Positions 36,683 through 46,659 of a stretch of 64,000 nt of DNA are shown here, in pieces. The notes under the pieces are model-generated. The model had not been told where the DNA came from. It searched no databases and saw nothing but the letters and a program-made list of their open reading frames with translations. How positions within the stretch are numbered: the stretch's first letter is position 1; the number at the start of each line of letters is the position of its first letter. The position numbers were made by a program, and so were the translations under genes. The stretch lies in the IMG/VR virus record IMGVR_UViG_3300010882_000012; one strand, written 5' to 3'. The stretch is from a virus (Duplodnaviria; Caudoviricetes).

Positions 36683-37276
36683 CTAATTTCTAATCATTTT
36701 ATATAGGTAATTGTTTCCTAATCTTTCCATTTTACACCCAATACTAAATTTGCTTGGATCATAATAAGTTGTTGTATACAAGTACAAAATTGCATTGTCT
36801 TTCATATTCTCTAAAATATGCAATAAACACTTATTCATTGCTTCCGCATCTTTGATGGGTGTACATAAGTATATGAAATCATAATCCTCATATTTTTCAT
36901 AATCACTTGCATTTGCATATTCAACTTCAACTTCATTTCTGAAATAAGTTGATGCAACATAATCACAAATTTCTTTATTGAGTTCTATCCCATGAACTTC
37001 TAATAAACTTTCATACTTTTTCTTTAAAGCATAAGAAAAAATTGGAACACCGCAACCAACTTCAAGAAACTTCTTTTTTGTTTCTTTTAAGTTCTGACCC
37101 ATATCTTTTGACACAAGTTCAAAAATTGATGCATCTGTTGGAATGTATCTCCAATTTTCTATTCCGGACGCAAGTTCTTCTTTTCCTGTAACTGAATAAA
37201 GAAATTCCGGTACAAAAAGTTGATATGTGTCAAGAAGTATTTGGTAACTCATCATCTCAGTTTTAAGCTTTTTCAA
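36683..37276 (-). CDS. class I SAM-dependent methyltransferase
   Basis: FLEVGCG motif I, HGIEL, NASDY..YDFIY. Confidence 0.75.
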   Translation of the reverse strand: MKKLKTEMMSYQILLDTYQLFVPEFLYSVTGKEELASGIENWRYIPTDASIFELVSKDMGQNLKETKKKFLEVGCGVPIFSYALKKKYESLLEVHGIELNKEICDYVASTYFRNEVEVEYANASDYEKYEDYDFIYLCTPIKDAEAMNKCLLHILENMKDNAILYLYTTTYYDPSKFSIGCKMERLGNNYLYKMIRN

Positions 37277-39575
37277 CCCATGTAAGAATCCCAGGATTAT
37301 TTACAGAATATTGTTGCGCTAAGATAACATCTAACTCTTCATGATGTGCAACGACATCAGCTTTTGCATTTACTTCATTAACCGCAGGGATAATCTGTTG
37401 TGCTACTGTATCTAATGTTAAAGGTCCACTACCGTCACCACCAATTTCCAAACCAATCATATTGGTTAACGTTGCAACGTTAACATCCACAAAATCAAGT
37501 ATAACGCCATCTTTAGGAACACCTTCTGCTTGATTTGCACCATAAAACCATACATCTCCTCTTGGAACTGGACGGAAGTTTTCATCAATTAAAACATTAC
37601 CTGAAACGTCACTTAACTCTACAATTTTTGAGATTGCACCATTTTCTAAATACTCAAACCAAACTCGTAATCCTTCTTGTCTACGGGCTGCAGCTGCATT
37701 AGCAATGTTAGGATCTCCTTTTGTATCAAGTTGTGCATCTTCAATGTTATCGTAATAATAACGCATATAAGAAGCTGGAGTCACAACCGGACCTGTAAGT
37801 TGAATGTGCCATCTTGAATCTCTCATCGTGTTAGGAGGAAACGTAAGCATAGTAACATCCCACACAAAAATTGCATTATATCGCATTAAGTCATCGGAAA
37901 TATCAAGTGCGTCTTGAACGTTGTGGATTTTTAGTGGTGTTTTTGAGTTATCATAAAAAATGTTTTCTGCAATAAGTTCAATGTCAGCAACACCGTTCGC
38001 ATCAACCACAGATGAACCGTTGACTTGAACGTCTTCAATTTTGGACTCAGGAATTGGAATATTCCCAATTTTCTCATCAATAAGTGGGTAAATAAGATCC
38101 TTAATCGGTTCAGTGAGTTTAAACTCAGGTCCATCTAATGATTCTCCTGGAAACTCAACATAAAGGGTTGGCAAAAAAGTATCTAAAGGATGTAATTTCT
38201 TATACTCTATTTCACTGTCCTCAATAAACTCAAACCAAAAATTTTCTTCGGGGTTATCAATTTCCCATATACCATTTTTTCTGATTGGATTAAAAGTATA
38301 TCCAGGAAATCCCTTTGTTGTTAAATCAAAGGGATTTCCTGGATATACTTCAACTCCAGTATTACCGTTATAATAAAATGTATCAATACCGAAAGATGTC
38401 GTATTTGCAAGATTTCTTATATAAATTTCAGCATAATGTTCGGTTTCTATTTGAAGAATATTAACATTATCCGATTTAATTTTTGATCCTTGTGGAATTA
38501 AAGTCCCAACTTCCAAGTTCACCAAATATGTTTTATTTTTCTTTTCATACAATCTCAACTTCTTATTCTCATTACTGTCCCTGTTTAAAAGAAACTCATC
38601 ATTACCAAGTTCTGTGGTGCTTTCATATGTAGGAATCACAGGAAGAACTATTTTTGCCACTTTATTTTCAACCACTGAAATGTCATCAACCAAAACATCT
38701 TCAATTGCACAAGTTGGTGCAGGAATCTCAGAAATCTTTTCATCAATCAAAGGATAAATAAGATCCTTAATCGGTTCAGTGAGTTCAAAACCTTCGCTCT
38801 GCCATTCAAAATAAGTGTTCTGTGCTATCCAACAGTTTGGATCATTTGCACCAGGAATATTAGGCATTGCCGAAAAGCTTGCAAATAAGCCATGTTCTAA
38901 ATCATATAATACGGTTCCTAAAATGTTATTAGCAAGGTCTTCGGGTGCAACTTCCCAAACTCCTTCCACCCATGCGAATTGATGTGATAAAGCAGATGGC
39001 GAACTGTACCCATGATCAAGATACGCGCCAAACACAATCTTTTGTGTATCGGGATCTTTGCCTCCAAATAAACTTAAAACTCTATCCCAATCTTTGTTAA
39101 AAAGATCTGTCCATAAATCACCTGCATTTACTTCAATTGATTCTTTATTTTGAATCTTATACTTAGCACCAACGGGAATAAAGCTGTTGTTTTTAAGATC
39201 TTTAACATACAAACGAGTTACTATATTACCGGGTTCATACAACTTTATCTTCTTCTCATCGGTGCCATCTCTCTGCAAAAGATACTCATCACTACCGAGT
39301 TCATTTGTGGACTCAAATAATGAAGGATCTATGTAACCAGTCTCGCCTTGTGGACCTTGGGGTCCCTGTAAACCCTGTTCACCGGTATCTCCTTTGTAGC
39401 CTTGCGGTCCTTGGGGTCCTGCAAATTCAGACGTTCTACGATCATCATCCTCAAAATCGTAAAGTAATTTTAATTTTCCATCTTCTTTCTTAACAAAAAT
39501 GATTTGACCTTTCTTTATTTCTGGAAGTACTTCAGGATTTTCTGTACTTGATTGCAAAACACGGAATTTTGACAT
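37263..39575 (-). CDS. collagen-repeat, modular fibre/adhesin-like virion protein
   Basis: (GPQ)n tract near the N-terminus; two internal modules with conserved borders; late motif upstream. Confidence 0.6.
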   Translation of the reverse strand: MSKFRVLQSSTENPEVLPEIKKGQIIFVKKEDGKLKLLYDFEDDDRRTSEFAGPQGPQGYKGDTGEQGLQGPQGPQGETGYIDPSLFESTNELGSDEYLLQRDGTDEKKIKLYEPGNIVTRLYVKDLKNNSFIPVGAKYKIQNKESIEVNAGDLWTDLFNKDWDRVLSLFGGKDPDTQKIVFGAYLDHGYSSPSALSHQFAWVEGVWEVAPEDLANNILGTVLYDLEHGLFASFSAMPNIPGANDPNCWIAQNTYFEWQSEGFELTEPIKDLIYPLIDEKISEIPAPTCAIEDVLVDDISVVENKVAKIVLPVIPTYESTTELGNDEFLLNRDSNENKKLRLYEKKNKTYLVNLEVGTLIPQGSKIKSDNVNILQIETEHYAEIYIRNLANTTSFGIDTFYYNGNTGVEVYPGNPFDLTTKGFPGYTFNPIRKNGIWEIDNPEENFWFEFIEDSEIEYKKLHPLDTFLPTLYVEFPGESLDGPEFKLTEPIKDLIYPLIDEKIGNIPIPESKIEDVQVNGSSVVDANGVADIELIAENIFYDNSKTPLKIHNVQDALDISDDLMRYNAIFVWDVTMLTFPPNTMRDSRWHIQLTGPVVTPASYMRYYYDNIEDAQLDTKGDPNIANAAAARRQEGLRVWFEYLENGAISKIVELSDVSGNVLIDENFRPVPRGDVWFYGANQAEGVPKDGVILDFVDVNVATLTNMIGLEIGGDGSGPLTLDTVAQQIIPAVNEVNAKADVVAHHEELDVILAQQYSVNNPGILTWVEKA
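38089..38785. repeat. 31-nt exact direct repeat (38089-38119 and 38755-38785)
   Basis: TAAATAAGATCCTTAATCGGTTCAGTGAGTT twice, 666 nt apart. Confidence 0.85.
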
Positions 39576-39620
39576 TGTTTCTTCATTATTTTACTATTAT
39601 CAGCGAGAGTCTATTCTCAC

Positions 39621-39634
39621 TTACTATTTATTTC
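39621..39634 (-). promoter_or_regulatory. late-promoter motif (GAAATAAATAGTAA)
   Basis: Core consensus upstream of the fibre/Ig operon. Confidence 0.65.
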
Positions 39635-39661
39635 GATATGTTTTAAGAAAATTTTAAAATG

Positions 39662-39688
39662 AAAAAGCTCTTCATTTCTAAAGAGCTT
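39662..39688 (-). terminator. terminator ending the accessory-gene block
   Basis: AAGCTCTT...AAGAGCTT hairpin with T-run on the minus strand. Confidence 0.6.
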
Positions 39689-39724
39689 CTTCGATAATTA
39701 TGAAAAAATCCCAAAACAAAAGTC

Positions 39725-40585
39725 TTATGCTTGTCTTTTGATGTAACCTCCAATTTGTTGCTTTCTTTCTTTAAATCCTTTTGTTTGATTTTCAAAATTC
39801 GCAATATCCTTATCAATACCTTCTATTCTTTTTATTGCCCATTCTGAAAGTTTATCAGGATCTAATTCAATTCCACACTCTTCTGCCTGTTTAATTACTT
39901 CATCTGAAATTGATTTGTTTTTCAATATCTCAGTAAACTTCTCAAAAGCTTCTTCATATGTTCTAAATGGATGTATTGTTGTCCAGCCACCACTCCCATC
40001 ACTGTAAGTATTTAAACGATATTCTAAATCTCCATTTGATTTTCCAAATAATGAAACCAACTTAATTCCATCAATTCTGCCATGTCCCCAACAATCATAC
40101 CAGTAAAGTTCTAATTCAGATAATTTCATTATTTTAGGATGATACTCTTCTAAAACAATCCATTCTAAATCATTACAAAGAAAATCAATTATTCTATGCA
40201 ATTGATGTTCTACTCCAGAATCAATTTTAGGATCAAAATTAACTAAAGCAAGTTGCTCTTTCATTAATCTTAATCTGTCTCTTTCTTTTTCTAAACTATT
40301 AGCCATTTTTCTAATAGCATCTCTTTGACGTTCTTCTTCCTTGTAATAATCTTGATGATATTTTTCAAGCATAATATCATACTTTTCTTTCCAAGAAGAA
40401 CAAGGTTTATCAAAAAGTTCTGATTCTATTACAGTAAAAGCTTCACCCGATAAGTACTCTTGATTATCATCTGCAATAAAAATCTCTTGTACTATTACTT
40501 CAGTAGAATTAACCCTACTAATTACAATTACTTTTCTATTGTTTCTTGTGTACATAGGTTGTACATCTGTTTTCAATTCTTCCAT
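39725..40585 (-). CDS. hypothetical phage protein
   Basis: 286-aa ORF. Confidence 0.65.
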   Translation of the reverse strand: MEELKTDVQPMYTRNNRKVIVISRVNSTEVIVQEIFIADDNQEYLSGEAFTVIESELFDKPCSSWKEKYDIMLEKYHQDYYKEEERQRDAIRKMANSLEKERDRLRLMKEQLALVNFDPKIDSGVEHQLHRIIDFLCNDLEWIVLEEYHPKIMKLSELELYWYDCWGHGRIDGIKLVSLFGKSNGDLEYRLNTYSDGSGGWTTIHPFRTYEEAFEKFTEILKNKSISDEVIKQAEECGIELDPDKLSEWAIKRIEGIDKDIANFENQTKGFKERKQQIGGYIKRQA

Positions 40586-40769
40586 TGTATTATTTTAGTG
40601 CTGTTTGTAACCTTTCTATTTGTGAAAATTGTTCTTCAAAAGTCATTCTACTACCATCTGGATTTACACTACTACAAATCAAACAATTCCTATTATAATT
40701 AGGATTTATTTTCGCGCTAGGAAATACCGGAATTGGTGTAATTTCTGTTATTATAAAACTTTTCATATC

Positions 40770-41732
40770 TTAATAATCATGTTCAATTTGTAAAGTCCAA
40801 CCCGCAGGCTCAAAAAACTGTTTAAAAACTTTTTCTGTTTCTATTAAAAGCTCTTGTACTGTATCAAATCTACCTGTTGGATCTCCTTCTTCATAATTAA
40901 ACCATTTATTATAAGGATTTTTATTACCAGTTGCTTCTAATCTTGTAATTGGTCTTGTTACTTCAATTTCAAAATGGTCACAAAATTCTGGACCCCAAAC
41001 ATGACTCCATTCATCTTTATCTTCTCTAAGCTCTTTCCATTGAATATTGGAAGAATAATGAGGCTTTAGATGTCCATAATAATGTTCAGCATCCCAAGAA
41101 GTTCCAATGTATGATGTAATATTAAGAATTACAATTTTCTTGTTTTCTTGCTTACCACAAGTGTATTCTCTTTCTCTTGAAGAAACAAGAATTTTACCAT
41201 CATCTTTCAGTACAAAAACATTTTCTCCATAATCCACAGGAATAGACTCTTTTAACTCTGCCGATTGAGTTTTAAAACTTGTCCAATAATGATTAAGATT
41301 TTTATACCAATCCATCCATTTTTTCGTATCTCCTCTTTCTGTAAGTAAGTTAATTTTTCTATGCAAACCATCCCAAACAAAAATTTCTTCTCCTTCTCTA
41401 ACTTTTAAACATTTAGCATTCTTTTCTTTTTCTTCTTTTTCTTTTAATTCTGCTTCTCTTTTTTTGTTTAATTCATAGTTTTCTAAATCTCTGTCTTTTA
41501 ATGGTCCAAATTTCTCTTCCCATTCTTTACGATGTTGTTGTAATTCAACTGTAAAAGCTTCATCATTTGCATTATCTAAAACTTTTCTTGGATCTAATCT
41601 TCCTTCTCTTACTAAATTTATTACATGACTTTCACCAATCCGAAAAACAGAATGAGGTCTTTCATCTTCCATCCTTTGTTGCTGTTCTGTTTGAAATCCA
41701 AATGGTTGTGTATAATCAAAATTCTTTTCCAT
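40770..41732 (-). CDS. hypothetical protein
   Basis: 320-aa ORF. Confidence 0.65.
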   Translation of the reverse strand: MEKNFDYTQPFGFQTEQQQRMEDERPHSVFRIGESHVINLVREGRLDPRKVLDNANDEAFTVELQQHRKEWEEKFGPLKDRDLENYELNKKREAELKEKEEKEKNAKCLKVREGEEIFVWDGLHRKINLLTERGDTKKWMDWYKNLNHYWTSFKTQSAELKESIPVDYGENVFVLKDDGKILVSSREREYTCGKQENKKIVILNITSYIGTSWDAEHYYGHLKPHYSSNIQWKELREDKDEWSHVWGPEFCDHFEIEVTRPITRLEATGNKNPYNKWFNYEEGDPTGRFDTVQELLIETEKVFKQFFEPAGWTLQIEHDY

Positions 41733-41734
41733 AA

Positions 41735-42328
41735 TTAAGCAATAATTGATTCAATAAAACGATCTCTTTGTTTTCTTTGAGTTTCACTTCGAATTCCAAG
41801 TTTACCAACAAAGAATTTTGCAAAAACTTTATTTTTCAAATTCAAAAGTTGAGTTGCATATTGTGCGCAAAGATTTGATTTTTCTTTCAATTCTTTTTCT
41901 AACCGATTAGATTTTTTGTAAAGTTCCAAAGCTTTATCCATTACATGATAAGAATAATCATATTCTGTTGGCATTTTGATATGATGTATTGAAGTATGAT
42001 TAATTTCTTGTTCATACTCAAAAAGTGTACGGATATAACGATTAAGATTATGAGACTGACCATGAAATTGACTGTTTATTGTCTCAATAATTTTCTTTGT
42101 ATCTTGAGAAAACCCTGGTAATTCTTTACAACGAATCCATTGATTTTCAGATGGTAAAGTTTCTGGTGTGTAATAGCCCTCATTATAATTAACAGGACGA
42201 TAGATGTGTCCAAATTGAGATAGTGCATAAAGTGTTCCAATTCTGAAATCACCATAATCTGCAAAACCTATTCTAATAACGTAACTTAAATTTCTCTTTG
42301 TGTAACCTATGATTTCAATGTTGTCCAT
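41735..42328 (-). CDS. hypothetical protein
   Basis: 197-aa ORF downstream of a promoter-like motif. Confidence 0.6.
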   Translation of the reverse strand: MDNIEIIGYTKRNLSYVIRIGFADYGDFRIGTLYALSQFGHIYRPVNYNEGYYTPETLPSENQWIRCKELPGFSQDTKKIIETINSQFHGQSHNLNRYIRTLFEYEQEINHTSIHHIKMPTEYDYSYHVMDKALELYKKSNRLEKELKEKSNLCAQYATQLLNLKNKVFAKFFVGKLGIRSETQRKQRDRFIESIIA

Positions 42329-42357
42329 GTTTTTGAATTTTAATTGATTTGATATTG

Positions 42358-42417
42358 TAAAAATACTAAAAATATTAATACTAAACTACAATTTAAGAAA
42401 AAAGTTACTAACAATTT
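42358..42417 (-). promoter_or_regulatory. host-type (Bacteroidota -7-like TATTTTTA) promoter with upstream AAATTGTTAGTAAC box
   Basis: Same box and spacing at 48964-49023 and 51526-51592. Confidence 0.65.
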
Positions 42418-42820
42418 AAGCATCAATTTTTAACTCAATTTCTAAAGTAGTTATTCCTTCTTTACCAAATTTTGTAACAACTGAATAAACATGCCTACCA
42501 CCTCTTTGTGGATGAAAATAGTCTTGTTGTAAGTATGTTAGATATTCTGCAAAATCTTCTATCTCTTCAACTATTCTACCAACTTGTTTAAAACTTAAGC
42601 CTCCAATACAAACATGAACTATTGGAACATTCTTAAAAATTAAACTGTCTCTCATAGTTGTTCTTTGAGAAACCATTTTAATTACATCTTTAAGTGCTTT
42701 ATCATAATTATTATAAAGCCAAGCCCAAAAATCATCAGTAGATTCAATTTTGTAATTATTGATAAAATAGTTTTCAAATTTTTTCTGAAGATAGGATAAT
42801 CTTTTTTCTGTTATTTCCAT
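42416..42820 (-). CDS. hypothetical protein
   Basis: 134-aa ORF. Confidence 0.55.
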   Translation of the reverse strand: MEITEKRLSYLQKKFENYFINNYKIESTDDFWAWLYNNYDKALKDVIKMVSQRTTMRDSLIFKNVPIVHVCIGGLSFKQVGRIVEEIEDFAEYLTYLQQDYFHPQRGGRHVYSVVTKFGKEGITTLEIELKIDA

Positions 42821-42822
42821 AA

Positions 42823-43104
42823 TTATTTTAATAAATGATTAATTTTTAATACTGATCTTTGATCTACTATTTTATGAAAACCATTTGGATCTTCATACAA
42901 GATGTCATTCTCTAGATTTTTTGTAATTCCAACTTTATTAGGAAATTGAGAACCAATTCCAGTAATAGTACAAATAATACCTTCAAATTCTATTCCAGAA
43001 CTTGTTACTTTTGTTAATAAACAATTTTTAGTTTCTTCACATTTTATGTAATATAAAACAATATCACATAATTTTAATTCTTGCCCAATGATGTCTTTTT
43101 GCAT
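42823..43104 (-). CDS. hypothetical protein
   Basis: 93-aa ORF (DIIGQELK..DIV start). Confidence 0.55.
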   Translation of the reverse strand: MQKDIIGQELKLCDIVLYYIKCEETKNCLLTKVTSSGIEFEGIICTITGIGSQFPNKVGITKNLENDILYEDPNGFHKIVDQRSVLKINHLLK

Positions 43105-43107
43105 AAT

Positions 43108-43358
43108 TTATGGTCTTAAAGCTGTTTTCAATGAATTTAATCCTGCTTCTATTCCTGAAATAAAAGCATCTACATTTTCCACATGTATTGATGGATGATT
43201 TACAATAAGATCTAAACCTATTTCATATTGTTTTAAACTTTCATCTAAATATGCTGCTTTTTAGGATCTTTTCTATCAAACCATTCTCCATCATTATAAT
43301 AATTTTGAGTAGATTTTCTAAAATTTTCTACATGATAACTAAAAACTTGTTCATTCAT
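43108..43358 (-). pseudogene. frameshifted paralogue of 43383..43622
   Basis: MNEQVF...RKDP, then the -1 frame gives ..QYEIGLDLIVNHPSIHVENVDAFISGI; break at CCT-AAAAA-GCA (43258-43262). Confidence 0.6.
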
Positions 43359-43382
43359 TATTTTATACTTTTATAGTTTTAA

Positions 43383-43622
43383 TTAATTAAAATTAATAGT
43401 TTTAATTACATCATTTATTCCATCTACAAAAGATTCTGCCGATTCACTAAATAAAGATGGATGATTTAAAATAGTTGAAATTCCTAATTCATACTGTCTA
43501 AATTCACTTTCAAGTTCATTCTTTCTTTTAGGATATTGAACTATTAAAATATTGTACCAATCTCTTTGAGATTCTACTTTTTCTGTAACTAATCTTCTTA
43601 TATTTTCTAAATTTGCTATCAT
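43383..43622 (-). CDS. hypothetical protein
   Basis: 79 aa; QYELGISTILNHPS shared with the neighbouring broken ORF. Confidence 0.6.
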   Translation of the reverse strand: MIANLENIRRLVTEKVESQRDWYNILIVQYPKRKNELESEFRQYELGISTILNHPSLFSESAESFVDGINDVIKTINFN

Positions 43623-44228
43623 ATATTAAAATCTTTATGTTTTTCAAATAATAATCTATATGCTTTTTTCTCTTTGAAAGTAATTATAATATTTAAAATT
43701 TCTTCTAAATTTTTATAGTTAAACTTATTTGTATCTTTATTATATTTACAATCAAAATATTCTCCATCATACCAAAATTTTATTATACGTCCAACTCTAT
43801 GTTTTTGCATATCTTTCCAACTATGCTTTGGATGTTCAAATTTTTTCAAATTTATACATTCTTGAAGATGTTTAATATTTGAAATATGATCTTTTATAAT
43901 ATCCTCACCTATATAAATTTTATTCATTATTTTTTTTTCTATTGTTTTAGAAACATATTTTTCCATGCACTTAATGATTTTCTTTTCATGAATTTTTGGA
44001 AAGCAATATTTTAAAATATAATAATATGGAAAATCAATAATCCAATTTTTAGTAAATTTCCAAGCAAAATAAAATGGCAATACTCTTAATTGTTGAAATC
44101 GTCTTCTATAATAAGTTCTTGTTTTTGGCGATTCAACATCAATATACCAATCACAAGTTATTGTTCTAACCCACATTCGTCTCCACCAAAAACTACAAAA
44201 TGAATATCCTCTAACATGACTAACACCT

Positions 44229-44516
44229 TCAAAAATTGATTCTGTTAATTGTTCTTTTGAAATATGGCGTGATGGTGTATATTCTGTTCTTTTTTTGCCA
44301 AAATGGTTTTGGCCATTTTCTAAATTTATGATATCTACAACGAAGACATTTTATTTGATTAAGAGGTGGTTCAGTTCCGCACCAACACATTTCAACTCCA
44401 ACATTATCAGAACATTCTCTACAACGAATTATATTAGATAAAGTTTTATCATAATATTCTCCAATATTAATTACTTTACCACAATCTTTACAATATAAAA
44501 TTTCTTTTGCTATCAT
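44229..44516 (-). CDS. Cys-rich hypothetical protein
   Basis: Several CxxC pairs. Confidence 0.5.
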   Translation of the reverse strand: MIAKEILYCKDCGKVINIGEYYDKTLSNIIRCRECSDNVGVEMCWCGTEPPLNQIKCLRCRYHKFRKWPKPFWQKKNRIYTITPYFKRTINRINF

Positions 44517-44851
44517 TTCTTACTCTTTATTTGTAGATGAAAATTTGAAATTTTTTTACATTCTTTTAAAGTTAAAATATCTTTAAATCCAACTTTCTGT
44601 AAAATTTCAGGAATTTCACCATTTAATAATTTAATCGGTTTTTCTGCTGGTTCTATCCACCAATAAGAATATTTTCTTTTACAAGTAACATTTACTTGTT
44701 TTGATTCTTGTTCACAATTTACACAATTAGTATCAAGTACACAATTATCACACTTTCTATTAAAACCAGAAAAATCTACAAAACCTGAATATTGTTTATA
44801 AAAATCCCAAGTTTTTCTAAATATAAATGGATTACTTAATCTATTTTTCAT
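44513..44851 (-). CDS. Cys-rich hypothetical protein
   Basis: CDNC..CVNC. Confidence 0.5.
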   Translation of the reverse strand: MKNRLSNPFIFRKTWDFYKQYSGFVDFSGFNRKCDNCVLDTNCVNCEQESKQVNVTCKRKYSYWWIEPAEKPIKLLNGEIPEILQKVGFKDILTLKECKKISNFHLQIKSKK

Positions 44852-45057
44852 ATTTTAGTTTTATAAAAATTTTCAAATTGTTCTTCTGACATTTCAACAT
44901 GCATAAATTCTCCATGTTTAATAAATTCAAGATCTTCAAATTTATCTTCAAGTTTTAATAATTCTTGAAATCCTAAATATAATATCCATGCATAATCTTC
45001 TTTTTGTAGATGTACCATTTAAAATTCGCTCTTTAATTTCTGTAATTTTATTTGTCA

Positions 45058-45519
45058 TTATTCTATTAATTTAGGATTATCAAAAATATTTCCAATTATT
45101 TCAATTTCACAAATTTGTAAATCTGAAAAATAGTAATTTTTATTTCTACTATTTTTCTTACTCTTATGTGTCTTTTTCATTCCAAATCGTGCATTAAACT
45201 CATTATAAACTACAATAGCATTAAAGTAATATTGATTTCTTTCTGAAATTCCCATATAATTAAAACTATTAGGATCATAAAGAACTTTTACAACATCACC
45301 CTCAAAAATTCTATTACCATTTTTATCTAACATTCCGATAAACTGCCCGATAGTTTCGGGGATAACGTAAATACAAGCAGTTTCAATTCCTTGTTGTTTT
45401 GTAATATTTTTAATATAAAATATTTCTGCAATATCTTTATATAATGATATTAAACTACCTTCTATCCATTTCCCTGTTTTATTTTCTTTACCCCTAAATA
45501 AATATTGTCTTGTTATCAT
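45058..45519 (-). CDS. YopX family protein
   Basis: LFRG..W..G, PETIGQFIG.LDKNG..IFEGD, EIIGNIFDNP.L. Confidence 0.88.
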   Translation of the reverse strand: MITRQYLFRGKENKTGKWIEGSLISLYKDIAEIFYIKNITKQQGIETACIYVIPETIGQFIGMLDKNGNRIFEGDVVKVLYDPNSFNYMGISERNQYYFNAIVVYNEFNARFGMKKTHKSKKNSRNKNYYFSDLQICEIEIIGNIFDNPKLIE

Positions 45520-45522
45520 ATT

Positions 45523-45954
45523 TTATTTTAAAAATTCTTTAATTTCTTTTTCTGTTAAACCAGCTTCTTTTAATTCATTTGCTAATTCATAATATTCTCT
45601 TTCTAATTCATCTGGTATATGTTCTCTTTCAATATTTACATTATTTCTTCCATAAAATTCTAGAATTTTTAATATTATAACCAAAAGTATTATTAATGGT
45701 ATTATAATAGCAGCAAACAAAATAAATGAAACTACAAATAATCCCATAAGACAAATACTTAATATCCAATAAATAGGTGTTAAAAAAACATAAATAAAAA
45801 GATTATTACTTTCTTTACATTTATCTTCATCAAAATCTAATCCACCACACAACCACCAAAATAGTCCAATAATTACTGTTAGAAGTAATATCCACCAATT
45901 ATCTGTCCATCCAAAAAATTGAACTGTATCCTGCCAAAAACTATAAGGTTCCAT
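45523..45954 (-). CDS. membrane protein
   Basis: Two or three hydrophobic segments. Confidence 0.6.
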   Translation of the reverse strand: MEPYSFWQDTVQFFGWTDNWWILLLTVIIGLFWWLCGGLDFDEDKCKESNNLFIYVFLTPIYWILSICLMGLFVVSFILFAAIIIPLIILLVIILKILEFYGRNNVNIEREHIPDELEREYYELANELKEAGLTEKEIKEFLK

Positions 45955-46387
45955 TTGTATTATTTAAATAATCTAAATTTCTATAAAATCCTTTATATTC
46001 AAGTTTAAAAAACTTTCCAAAATCTGTTATTTCTGTTTTTATGGAAGATTTTCTATATCCTTCCATTATATCATCATCTTCATCATGAAAATAATAATTA
46101 TTATCTATTACTTTTACTGTTGCTTCTTTAATAAATTCTACTATACAATCTAAATATTTTTTCCCTTTAAATTCCTCAATATTTAATCTTGTAATTTTCA
46201 TTCCCTCTGGATCATTTTTTGTTTTTTCTTTAATATAATCTATTGCTTCTTCTATAGAATTAAAAATATTCAATGAATCAAATCCAATTCTAGTTTGTGC
46301 TTTAGTTTCCGCCCAACATGGTACTCCTCTACATTTATAAACAGGTACTGTTGCTTCTAGTTTTCTTTGTAAAATAAAAATTTCCAT
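45941..46387 (-). CDS. hypothetical protein
   Basis: 148-aa coupled ORF. Confidence 0.55.
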   Translation of the reverse strand: MEIFILQRKLEATVPVYKCRGVPCWAETKAQTRIGFDSLNIFNSIEEAIDYIKEKTKNDPEGMKITRLNIEEFKGKKYLDCIVEFIKEATVKVIDNNYYFHDEDDDIMEGYRKSSIKTEITDFGKFFKLEYKGFYRNLDYLNNTNGTL

Positions 46388-46659
46388 TATTCATTATTTG
46401 TTTTTAATAATTCTGTTTCTAAATCTTCAACTCTTCCTTCTAATTCATGTCCCCAATCTCTAAGTTTAGAATTATCAGATCTTAAATCTTCTAATATATC
46501 ATCAAAATTCCATAATTCAGATTCTATTTCATCAATAGTATCCTTTAATTCTGTTACTTCTTCTAACTTACTTGCATACTTAATAATTCTATAGACTGAC
46601 TTAATTTTATCAATTGCCTTATCAATATCAGGACAAGTATGTCTTACAGGTGCTGCCAT
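46387..46659 (-). CDS. coiled-coil hypothetical protein
   Basis: HTCPDID...LEDLR..N..LR.WG. Confidence 0.6.
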   Translation of the reverse strand: MAAPVRHTCPDIDKAIDKIKSVYRIIKYASKLEEVTELKDTIDEIESELWNFDDILEDLRSDNSKLRDWGHELEGRVEDLETELLKTNNE

